NCBI GenBank assembly: GCA_964013405.1
Contig: CAXGWI010000009.1
Span: 1-51,180 of the forward strand
Direction of reading: 5' to 3'
Source: an uncultured Myxococcales bacterium
Lineage (GTDB): Bacteria; Myxococcota; UBA4151
DNA length: 51,180 nucleotides
Within the stretch, counting starts at the first letter, position 1. The number at the start of each line of letters is the position of its first letter. The notes under the pieces were generated by a model, which ran no database searches, was not told the DNA's origin, and saw only the letters and a program-made list of their open reading frames with translations. The translations under genes and the position numbers were made by a program. This document shows, one piece after another, positions 38,601 to 45,371 of this stretch.

Positions 38601-39032
38601 GCCGATGCCCCTGACGCAACGGGCGCTTCACTCGATCTCGGTGCCGGCTGTTCGCTAAGTGCGGAGGGCGCCGGTGACCGCTACGTGGTCGTGCGGGGTG
38701 GTGGCACCCTCGACGCCTGGCGCATCGACAGCTCGAACGACAGCGAAACGGCCATGAACCTGCCCGCGGGCCTAGGGCCCCCCGAAGCGCAGGGGGCATT
38801 TCTCGTCGCCGGTGATGGGGATGGCGAGTTGCTCTATTTGAGTGCTGGAGCGAACCTCAGGCCCGTCAGTCACGACGGATCGGGTGCCTGGGTTCAGCCA
38901 CCGACTGTTGGTAGCGAAGCCCCGCTGAGTCGAGATGGTAGCTATAGCCTCCAGGTTCGCTTTGTCGACGAGGGCGGAGACGGCAGTGCCTTTGCAGATG
39001 CGGCCCAAGCCTTTACGGTAAGCATCCCGTAA
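32640..39032 (+). CDS. Giant (~2130 aa) surface lipoprotein with ~15 bacterial Ig-like repeats and a C-terminal head domain
   Basis: Lipobox LGLSAC after ATG 32640; recurring D-x-x-x-P domain starts with A-x-D-x-x-SG and A-x-D-x-x-GN motifs about every 105-125 aa. Confidence 0.85.
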   Translation: MRSFAILILGLSACMAPTLVVDDSQPALTAEAASEWTTDQGFSVTVRGASPDRGIAWLRLSLELDGRPETLRSRRDVPTDGPTTIQRKICLRLPGTAACEGDHEDWLLPAYFGGDGGTLHLVVEAADQASAQRAAEPVQKQFLVKDRLPPAVSLHSETSTNGAGTIFLRGEAADGASGLSRLGYSLRILGNGRLSRRVEGQSEAFLPGTDSDHFMIPVAAPGNLRSGEIQVESLWVKDGANPANLTDLLEPPTLCLGGCKDSSAPRVEVLSVVWRRQGGDVTLSPGDGVHPGAEVAVTVQAVDSGSGIDSIRVETPRERAEYRVPEEENSPGLVETTLLLRVPEGQDGDRFDITTMAWDDYGDLPDRNLGEETPFALELLDDQAPTVEVVGFVDAQGNLLDEPPVLGDTVAVRLQGSDPLGKIVGFSLGLIPEGEELPTQNIVMTLPQAEASGTWTTTERFTLSADRRAMADWQIRLTAQDNARAPNTSAVTYYPFLPTDTREPVLDQVTIPETVAPGRSYSVGITAHDVNRVVAQLGLRIQPQQTGLGSDPLHQAVAPHRSPATGQIPLLIPAATREGTFQVNATASDDRGNTVIGAVQGIQLLDDIPPVIDPPSYLESPIQPGIPVTLRVNASDVNSAGISQVAVAWPQGLVNGELVPLIVAEGATSVDNPEVFPLDFRGRVRADLAHGRELRATVTAVDQAAARNERSVDVLRTVDDRGGPSLSAEPLVVVAGQTGTLTLTGLDNSGVRRLGYQVTMPHLDPNLNPTLRQGNQTFGGANLEESAVFQIAVPSTAREAVGNAGLTIELTGEDSVGNLSEGSTTLVIRDESDPHRLSIDSAATATTGTELEVTLSAEDESSGLETLRLRLLPVGLVVDVDCQGTAHCQATRNLAIPEDLTHGDELTLELTATDRASGGGRSAQVTRGVTVVDGSVPELLIQVPAQGHVFVSEQNGTISAQAHDPNSEVTSWAWYLQCGRPGAGTRHAQGGGIIANPGHTVLPSQAFTMPHSGHCTNNGTLTVTATNQAGLTASSTRLVGIQDATAPLVNWRNGQSPATANTGDQDLRFDGQIEDSGSGAERLSLTLPPCVTSSPSQRDYNGQTGQQNGLFQLSFGEGCQPGQHTLTLTARDQAGNSAAVTHRVTVADDDAPSIEFLAPPTEVNVGSTVNLSLRLHDPSSGLNELTLPSVPCGSITGRTWNDNPTNATDHAVEWVIPADCRQLGPQTLTARISDASADSPDGEVELGIEILDTTDPSVSFTTTPNDIRLLASSTVAAEASDASAGLDSLVFSFASGTGSFTPDSQNYPGHPTSGSLQAEVLGSTANLRDGDEVRLRVQATDASGNTSEVTTGLLSVVDDLPPASETITVTASADNARPLVAGRFPVAAGETITLRVEGTDTNSGITALRFQASWAGGSQSDNEGGLGGQDSEGHDFSFVVPALAHGSQITVTPSADDVSDETGFVDGSPLVLEVDGEGPASTPVLVSPAAANLFGLGRDFRCAITETTTLSGTAAAGVDAVKLTINPLPTGFPLAGRDLTVTGGNWSDAVAGWSTDYQVYTVTLTPIDPVGNEGNNPATISLRSDLLAPTNRSISALNLDGTGRGVYRPQISGLRSTGIGGDTVVQGRLHNCAGASNTVVNDETPANASFQLTQANTLTLTDNALTCSWQVEESFCQRITNSTGSVNLSKVNAPPSADQLQTEGDANDPATIAALRPTLSARYVDSYQLGLNEISFAREFQVRLVGTGCPGGLASSVCWTSALTAVDLDSGDRSPNLQPPLWRPSLANGPTAFSTLRAQSDLLVFEHGSSTLRTLDLAGNTWSTPASLDADGNPQSVNIEAADGLVIDAAGDIVWLDGDGDLRVGTITGSPITEVSWTDGENVANFNPNRCEAIELTTSPSGSDQLIVWCQGKRPILTDVLSVYELDRSVDPPSLSEISYPGLYVPRRLGADFQVIRLPGSAHFRLLRGDGFEQILAAEISTNPTAWADAPDATGASLDLGAGCSLSAEGAGDRYVVVRGGGTLDAWRIDSSNDSETAMNLPAGLGPPEAQGAFLVAGDGDGELLYLSAGANLRPVSHDGSGAWVQPPTVGSEAPLSRDGSYSLQVRFVDEGGDGSAFADAAQAFTVSIP

Positions 39033-39068
39033 TTCGAAACACCGATAACCTGGGGTGGAGTGGTTCCG

Positions 39069-39977
39069 ATGTCCGAGGTTCGCAACGACAACAAGCGGAT
39101 GGAAGCGCAGCGACAGGAGCGCTCCCGCAACGATAAAGCTCGGACCGCGCAACAGACCGAAAAAACCCGAGAACGGTTCAAACAGGCCCTGCAACGCAAC
39201 CAGAAACCCGCCGATCCAAGGCAAAAGACCCAGCAACAAGCCGCCCGCCAAGCAAACGCACAAGCGAGCCAGCGGCAAGGGGAGGCCCGGGGAAGTCAGC
39301 AGCGCAATGCCGCCCAGTTGAGCCAGGATGCACAGCGTTCCGCCCAAACGGCAGAGGGTAGAAGCCAGCAATCGGAAGCGGGTCGACAAGGCCAACTCGA
39401 CCGCCGAAGCCAGTTGAGCCAGCGACAAAAAGGGCAGGAGCACAATCTTCAGCGCTCAGGGGAGTCTGGGCGTCAGTTGGAGCAAAAGGGTCAACAGAGC
39501 CTTCAACGGCAGCGTCAATCCCGGCCGACAAGTGGTAAGGAGGCGCCAGCAGATCCGGCGCCCCTTAAAGGGCAGGATCGTGACAGCAGCACCGCGCTAC
39601 GAGAACAAAGCCCCCGGGGTATCAGTGAAGGCAACGTCGGCAATCTAGCGGTCGAGGCCATCGGGGCCCGGGCAGAGCAAACCAAAGGGCAACAAGCGGA
39701 GCCGATGAAGATTCCGCAGGTGATCCTTGAGGCCCTCGCTAAAAAAGTTTTCGTCGGTATCGACGGGGCGGGCAATGGACGTTTTGACATCGAATTAGGG
39801 GGCCAAATGCTCGCGGGGCTGCGTCTTTCCATCACCGCGAAGGATGGCAAAGTTCACATCCAGATCGGCGGCGACAACAAGAGCGCTGGGCGTCTTCTTA
39901 AGGGCCATCACACCGAGTTGGCGGGTCTTTTAAGGAAGCGAAACCTTGATCTCGAGGGCATCGATCTCGACGAATGA
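39069..39977 (+). CDS. FliK/SctP-like hook or needle length-control protein
   Basis: Q/R-rich low-complexity N-terminus plus a C-terminal T3S4-like fold (FDIELGGQMLAGLRLSITAKDGKVHIQI...LAGLLRKRNLDLEGI); directly before sctQ; GGAG RBS. Confidence 0.62.
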   Translation: MSEVRNDNKRMEAQRQERSRNDKARTAQQTEKTRERFKQALQRNQKPADPRQKTQQQAARQANAQASQRQGEARGSQQRNAAQLSQDAQRSAQTAEGRSQQSEAGRQGQLDRRSQLSQRQKGQEHNLQRSGESGRQLEQKGQQSLQRQRQSRPTSGKEAPADPAPLKGQDRDSSTALREQSPRGISEGNVGNLAVEAIGARAEQTKGQQAEPMKIPQVILEALAKKVFVGIDGAGNGRFDIELGGQMLAGLRLSITAKDGKVHIQIGGDNKSAGRLLKGHHTELAGLLRKRNLDLEGIDLDE

Positions 39978-40060
39978 ACCAGGCTTCTGCATTCACTGGC
40001 GCTCACTGCATTCACATTTTCTCACAAGACGCGTAGCGTCGCCCCGAACACAGGGTGGCT

Positions 40061-41125
40061 ATGCAACGCTTCGACTGGGCTGCACTTCAACGGACGAGCC
40101 GGGAGGATGTGGATCTCCTCACCGCTGCCCGCGCCCTGTTTCCAGGGACCTTACGCAAGGCCAGCGAACAGTTGGCACCACCTCCAGGCTGTACCGTTCG
40201 CCCCCAGTTGGTCGGCTACGGTGCTGACTGGAGTTTGCCAGCTTCCGAGAGTTTGAGCTTCCAACTCACCAGCGAAGACCTTTGCGTCAGCGTGCGTTTT
40301 GCGGCGCCATTGGCCTTGGCAGCTGTCGACGGGATCCTCGGCAAAGCGCCTGATCGGGCCCAGCCAGCCCGGGTGCTGACGCCCATCGAACTCGGTGTCT
40401 TTGAATACTGTCTGCTCGACTGGCTCACCCAGGCCCGTACGGACGTCCCTTCCCTTGCTCCCCCCGTCTTAGCCAGTCTCGCCAGCCCGGCCGAACATCT
40501 CGCGGAGGCCGGTCCGGTCCTCCGCCTTCACTGTGCGGGCGACCACGTCGCCGGCCGCATCGAGTTGCGGCTCAAGCAAGTGGATGTTGCCGGTCACACA
40601 GCGCAGCGGGTGGAAACCACGAGCCCGCTGATCTCCCTCCCCATCGATCTGGCGGTCCGAGTCGCATCGGCCCACCTCGATGGAGAAACACTGAAATCCG
40701 TTGAGCCAGGCGACGCCATCGTCTTCGACCGAAGTCTGGTCACGGTCATAGACGGTCAACTTTCGGGGCAAGCGATCTTGGCTGCCCCCGCGGGACCGGA
40801 CCGATTTACCCTGAGTCTTCTCGACGGCGGTGCCCTGCGCGTCGAAGCACTCGATAGTCTGGAGGAACCTATGTCCGAGCCCACTGAAAAGAGCGTATCC
40901 GACGTGATTGCGGAGGACGTTGAACTCACCTTGAACGCCGAACTCGGTCGGGTCCGGGTCACCCTTGCCGAAGTGGGTGGCTATGGTGAGGGGCATGTCA
41001 TCAATCTGGGCAAGCCGGTCGGCACCGAAGTCGACCTCACGCTCTCAGGACGACTCGTTGGCCGGGGCGAACTCATGGACATCGATGGTGAACTCGGGGT
41101 GCGTGTCACTCGATGGTCAGTCTAG
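40061..41125 (+). CDS. sctQ: Type III secretion cytoplasmic ring protein SctQ (FliM/FliN-like, two SpoA domains)
   Basis: RVLTPIELG, first SpoA LKSVEPGDAIVF, and C-terminal SpoA ELGRVRVTLAEV...GRLVGRGELMDIDGELGVRV. Confidence 0.85.
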   Translation: MQRFDWAALQRTSREDVDLLTAARALFPGTLRKASEQLAPPPGCTVRPQLVGYGADWSLPASESLSFQLTSEDLCVSVRFAAPLALAAVDGILGKAPDRAQPARVLTPIELGVFEYCLLDWLTQARTDVPSLAPPVLASLASPAEHLAEAGPVLRLHCAGDHVAGRIELRLKQVDVAGHTAQRVETTSPLISLPIDLAVRVASAHLDGETLKSVEPGDAIVFDRSLVTVIDGQLSGQAILAAPAGPDRFTLSLLDGGALRVEALDSLEEPMSEPTEKSVSDVIAEDVELTLNAELGRVRVTLAEVGGYGEGHVINLGKPVGTEVDLTLSGRLVGRGELMDIDGELGVRVTRWSV

Positions 41126-41445
41126 TTCTCAGCACCACGGCCAACGTGGAATCGCTGGCACCTCGTCCAAGCTATATGGGGCCGGTGCTGCAAATGCTCA
41201 TCGTCCTCGTCATCATGGTGGCCCTGCTCTTTGTGGTCGCCAGGCTGCTGCGCCGCCTCCCCGCTTTCCGCCCACCGGTTGGTGAACATATGCGGGTCGT
41301 CGAGCGCATGCCCCTCGGGCCCAAGCACCAGTTACTTCTCGTTGAAGTGGAAGGCCGGCGCCTGCTGCTCGGCGCCTCGGAAAGCCAGATTCATCAGCTG
41401 GCGGAGCTGGATCCGGTGGTCGACCATGGGGAAGACGAGCCATGA
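41113..41445 (+). CDS. fliO: FliO/MopB family export-gate assembly chaperone
   Basis: Single TM, then MRVVERMPLGPKHQLLLVEVEGRRLLLGASESQIHQLAEL. Confidence 0.88.
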   Translation: MVSLVLSTTANVESLAPRPSYMGPVLQMLIVLVIMVALLFVVARLLRRLPAFRPPVGEHMRVVERMPLGPKHQLLLVEVEGRRLLLGASESQIHQLAELDPVVDHGEDEP

Positions 41446-42200
41446 GTCTTGCCGCTTTGCCCCGTATGAGCCCCTTGGTGATCGCTCAGCAGCTTCAGGT
41501 CGACACCCTTCTGGGCAACGACAGCATTGCCAACCGGCCCCTGATTCTCATGACGGCTCTGGCGGGGCTGGCCCTGGTCCCCTTCGTCCTGATGATGGTG
41601 ACGAGCTTCGTCAAAATTGCGGTGGTTCTCTCCATCGCTCGACAAGCGATCGGTACCCAACAGATCCCACCGACGACCGTCATCACCGGCCTGTCGATCA
41701 TCCTCACCGTCTACACCATGAGCCCGATTATGGAAGAAGGCTACCGACGAGCGACCATCGTCGCCGAGCGGGCACCTGGGGGCGAATTGCTCAACGTGAA
41801 GAACGTTGGGGTCCTGCAAGAGGCCTTACAGGAGGGTATCGAGCCGATGCGGCGTTTTTTGAAACGCCACGCCCACCGCAAAGATCGGGAGATGTTCTAC
41901 GCCCTCGCCAAGCGCATGCGCAAACCTGAAGACAGGGCCGGGGTAGAGAAGGACGACTACCTCATACTCATCCCCAGTTTTGTGGTGAGCGAGCTCACCG
42001 AGGCTTTCCAGATCGGTTTCATCATCTTCCTCCCCTTCCTCGTGATCGATATGGTCGTGTCCAACATACTTATGGCCCTGGGGATGATGATGCTCGCCCC
42101 GACCACAATCTCCCTGCCCTTCAAGCTCCTCCTGTTCGTTCTTGTGGACGGCTGGCACCTGCTCACAAAGGGGCTCGTCATGGGTTACGCGTCGGGGTGA
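41442..42200 (+). CDS. sctR: Type III export apparatus subunit SctR (FliP family)
   Basis: TSFVKIAVV, GTQQIPP, SELTEAFQIGF, VSNILMALGMMM and TISLPFKLLLFVLVDGW; signature residues are closer to SctR than to FliP. Confidence 0.92.
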   Translation: MSLAALPRMSPLVIAQQLQVDTLLGNDSIANRPLILMTALAGLALVPFVLMMVTSFVKIAVVLSIARQAIGTQQIPPTTVITGLSIILTVYTMSPIMEEGYRRATIVAERAPGGELLNVKNVGVLQEALQEGIEPMRRFLKRHAHRKDREMFYALAKRMRKPEDRAGVEKDDYLILIPSFVVSELTEAFQIGFIIFLPFLVIDMVVSNILMALGMMMLAPTTISLPFKLLLFVLVDGWHLLTKGLVMGYASG

Positions 42201-42203
42201 TAC

Positions 42204-42485
42204 ATGGGCGGAACCGCAATCGAACAATTTGTCTTGCAGGTGACCAATGAAGCCTTGGTGCTGACCTTGATCGCCTCCGCACCGGCCGTGGTCGGATCCC
42301 TCATCGTCGGGCTGGCGATGGCCTTGTTCTCCGCGACAACGCAAGTCCAAGAGCAAACCCTGTCGTTTGTCCCCAAAGTGATCGCTGTTTTTATCATCCT
42401 TGCGATCACCGGCCCCTGGGTCGGCGCTTTCCTTCTTCGCTTTGCCCAGCTTTGTTTCACGGGCTTTGTGCCTTTGCTCCGTTAG
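42204..42485 (+). CDS. sctS: Type III export apparatus subunit SctS (FliQ family)
   Basis: VGLAMALFSATTQVQEQTLSFVPK. Confidence 0.92.
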   Translation: MGGTAIEQFVLQVTNEALVLTLIASAPAVVGSLIVGLAMALFSATTQVQEQTLSFVPKVIAVFIILAITGPWVGAFLLRFAQLCFTGFVPLLR

Positions 42486-42486
42486 C

Positions 42487-43311
42487 GTGGCCACTGTCGG
42501 GCAAATTCTAGATCAACTCCTGCTCAGTGCGGAGTCCACGCGCCAACTCGTCACCTTTGCACTCATCCTGGGCCGTCTGCTGCCAATCATCGTGCTGACG
42601 CCCTTTCTGGGCGGGAAGTCGGCGCCGATTTGGGTGAAGATGGGGGTTGGAGTGACCCTCGCCATTCTCGTGGCCCCTGTCGTCTACAGCCAAGAGCAAG
42701 TGCCAGCGACAACCAACGCATTCACCTTTTTGATGCTGATGATGAAGGAGATCTTCGTTGGCCTGTGCATTGGCTTCATCTTGGCCGAGCTCTTCTTTAT
42801 CGCCGATGCGCTGGGGCGATTGGTGGATCTCTTTCGGCAAACGACCATGGCGACCGCCATGGTCCCTGAACTCAAAGAACGCTCTAGCGCCTTTGGAACG
42901 CTCAGCTATCAGTTCTTCATCGTTCTCTTTCTGGCAATTGGCGGTCATAGGCTATTTATCACGGGAGTTTTCGAGTCTTTCATGACAATACCGGTCACGG
43001 TCATGCCGGCTTTTCAGGGCAATATGGAGCCCTTCGCAGCGTTGATTATGCACACCGCTGCGCGCCTTTTGATGGTCGCAACCGCACTGGCGATGCCAAT
43101 TCTCGCCGCCACTTTTCTCACGGATGTGATCTTCGGCCTGCTCAACCGAACGGCGCCCCAGGTCCAAGCCTACTTTCTTAGTCTACCTGCGAAAGCGATG
43201 GCCGGGGTCTGGCTCTTCGCTGCGGGTCTGGGCATGACGCTGGACGTCCTGGCCCGAGAAGCCGTGATCTACCTAGAAGACCTGAACACGATGCTTAGGC
43301 TGATGCGCTAG
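42487..43311 (+). CDS. sctT: Type III export apparatus subunit SctT (FliR family)
   Basis: LILGRLLP..LTPFLGG, KEIFVGL, GRLVD, GGH, ESF..IP and FGLLNRTAPQVQ...LSLPAK; GTG start just after the sctS stop. Confidence 0.92.
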   Translation: MATVGQILDQLLLSAESTRQLVTFALILGRLLPIIVLTPFLGGKSAPIWVKMGVGVTLAILVAPVVYSQEQVPATTNAFTFLMLMMKEIFVGLCIGFILAELFFIADALGRLVDLFRQTTMATAMVPELKERSSAFGTLSYQFFIVLFLAIGGHRLFITGVFESFMTIPVTVMPAFQGNMEPFAALIMHTAARLLMVATALAMPILAATFLTDVIFGLLNRTAPQVQAYFLSLPAKAMAGVWLFAAGLGMTLDVLAREAVIYLEDLNTMLRLMR

Positions 43312-43350
43312 AGAAGCTTGTCGATCTAGGGCTTGGGCTTGCCCCCACAA

Positions 43351-43497
43351 CTAGTCGTTGAGGGCTTCCCATTCGGAGGTCTTCTCGCTCCCGTCAAAGC
43401 TCGCTTTATCGTCGCCTTCGGCAGCGGGTCCGGGCCAGATTCCAAAGGCCGTCAACTCGTCGCGACTAAGGTGCTGAGCTAATTCGGTGAGCGTCAT
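43351..43497 (-). CDS. Putative small protein (48 aa, MTLTELAQHLSRDELTAFGIWPG...)
   Basis: GGGAGG RBS 6 nt before ATG 43497; fills an otherwise non-coding gap; no recognised family. Confidence 0.45.
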   Translation of the reverse strand: MTLTELAQHLSRDELTAFGIWPGPAAEGDDKASFDGSEKTSEWEALND

Positions 43498-43560
43498 GAA
43501 GTGCCTCCCTTCAACCAGCAAATACGGCTGGCCACGTGGGCCATTGTTTCGGGCCGCACT

Positions 43561-43624
43561 AGAAATGCAACAGCCATGTTGCATTTCTGTTGAAAACTCT
43601 CTGAGCAAAAAAGTTTTCAACAGA
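43561..43624. promoter_or_regulatory. Two abutting perfect inverted repeats (12-bp and 13-bp arms) in an AT-rich divergent intergenic region
   Basis: AGAAATGCAACA(43561-72)/TGTTGCATTTCT(43577-88) and TCTGTTGAAAACT(43586-98)/AGTTTTCAACAGA(43612-24). Sequence certain; function inferred. Confidence 0.6.
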
Positions 43625-43812
43625 GGAAATCGACCAGAAACCATTGAAACACCTAGCTGACCACCCCTGGCCGGCTCCTTCAACTCTGTCGTTCAATGAG
43701 GGTCGTTTTTTGCACTATTCTTGAGGCTCACACTCACTGAACATTTGTTCACGCATAGCGATCCTAAGCGCTCAGCCGTTGTTGCCAGCAGACCCGCTTC
43801 GAGATACTCGCT

Positions 43813-44499
43813 ATGGGCGCTGGAGGGCCTACTCGTTTGATCGAATTGCACAACGTTGTCCGACGGTTTCCCCAGTCGGACCGTCCTGTGCTGGACGGCG
43901 TGAGTTTGAAACTCGAACGGGGCGAGTTTGCCTTTCTCACCGGCGCTTCCGGTGCCGGTAAGTCGACCCTACTCCGACTCCTCTATGGCGCAGACCAAGC
44001 AAACTCGGGCGCCGTTCGGGTGGCGGGCCATGATGTGGATCAACTCAGTCCCCATTCACTGGCGCTACTGCGGCGACGGGTTGCGGTCATCTTTCAGGAC
44101 TTTCGACTCCTCAATGGGCGCTCTGCGGTGGAGAATGTCCGGTTGGTCCTGGAACTCCGCGGCTATCGTTTTGCCGATGCAGACCGTCGAGCAAGCGAGG
44201 CGCTAGACCAAGTCGGCTTGGCCGGCAAAGAGTACCAAATGATCCCCGAGCTCAGTGGCGGGGAGCAACAGCGAGTGGCCATCGCCCGGGCCCTCGTCGG
44301 TGAGCCCCAGGTCCTCCTCTGCGACGAGCCGACCGGGAATCTCGACGACGACCTGAGTCTCAATGTTCTCTCCTTGATCGATCTCGCCAGTGCCCGTGGT
44401 GCGACGGTGCTCGTAGCCACCCATGCCCGGGAACTCCTTAAGCGCTTTCCCCATCCTAGCTACAAACTGCTCGATGGGCGTCTGGAGCAAGGGCTATGA
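43813..44499 (+). CDS. ftsE: Cell division ABC ATP-binding protein FtsE
   Basis: FLTGASGAGKSTLL, IFQDFRLL, LSGGEQQRVAIARA, DEPTGNLD and GATVLVATH; upstream of ftsX. Confidence 0.92.
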   Translation: MGAGGPTRLIELHNVVRRFPQSDRPVLDGVSLKLERGEFAFLTGASGAGKSTLLRLLYGADQANSGAVRVAGHDVDQLSPHSLALLRRRVAVIFQDFRLLNGRSAVENVRLVLELRGYRFADADRRASEALDQVGLAGKEYQMIPELSGGEQQRVAIARALVGEPQVLLCDEPTGNLDDDLSLNVLSLIDLASARGATVLVATHARELLKRFPHPSYKLLDGRLEQGL

Positions 44500-45371
44500 T
44501 GTCCTTCGCCTGGCGGGAGATGCTCACAGCCTTTCGGCGTCGCCCCTGGCTCATGCTCGGCTGGCTGGCTGTCCTCAGTAGTTGCCTCATGGCCATGGGC
44601 TGGATTCAGGGCTTCGCAGAAGGGGCCCGTCGCGCAGCTGCCCAAATCGAGCCCGAGCATCAGATTTGGGCCTTCGCCATGCCCAAAGCAGAAGCCAGCT
44701 CCCTGGATGACCTCCTTCGTCGGATCGGCGCTTTGCCCAGTATCGAGCGGGTCCGCCAATTAGAGCCCAGCGAGGTTCGGCGTCGGATCGGTGTGGAGTT
44801 ATCCTCGGATCCTTCAGCCGTCGACATCCCCGAAAGCCTCCTCCCGCGGGCCATCGAGATCACGCCAGCCGACCGGGGGGTCAGCCCCGCGGCACTGGAG
44901 ATCCTGAGGGCATCGGCGGATATCGAGTGGGTCGATGCTGGCGATACGCAAATCAATCGGGCCCGGGCCCGGGTCCGTAGCCTCGACCGCTCGGCTCAGG
45001 CTCTGAGCCTTCTTCTCCTCGTGACCCTCCTGCTTCTCGGACTTGGACTCGGCCGGCTTGCGATGAGCCTAAGGCGCAACGAAGTGGCCGTGATGCGACT
45101 GGTCGGGGGTACCCACCGCTGGATTGGCGCCCCCATGCTCCTGTCCGCAGTCATCGTCGGGCTAGGGGCAGCTCTTATCGCCTTTGCTGGCTGCCGAATC
45201 TCGATGGCCGGGCTGGCAGAGTTAACGGGCACTGGGCTCCATCTTGTCGCGCCCGTCCCCGCCGGCAGCCAGTTGCTGCGCTTAGCCACGGTGGGATTGT
45301 TGAGCCAAACCTTGGGCGTCCTCCTCGGCGTCATGGCTGAACTCAATCGCTCAGAGATGGACATGTCATGA
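44496..45371 (+). CDS. ftsX: Cell division permease FtsX
   Basis: Four TM with a periplasmic loop, LP.AIEI and RRNEVAVMRLVGGTHRWIGAP. Confidence 0.85.
   Translation: MMSFAWREMLTAFRRRPWLMLGWLAVLSSCLMAMGWIQGFAEGARRAAAQIEPEHQIWAFAMPKAEASSLDDLLRRIGALPSIERVRQLEPSEVRRRIGVELSSDPSAVDIPESLLPRAIEITPADRGVSPAALEILRASADIEWVDAGDTQINRARARVRSLDRSAQALSLLLLVTLLLLGLGLGRLAMSLRRNEVAVMRLVGGTHRWIGAPMLLSAVIVGLGAALIAFAGCRISMAGLAELTGTGLHLVAPVPAGSQLLRLATVGLLSQTLGVLLGVMAELNRSEMDMS

Noticed and set aside
43498..43812. oriC
   Set aside because: Only two near-consensus DnaA boxes, and no dnaA/dnaN/gidA context in the window; kept only as a regulatory hypothesis.
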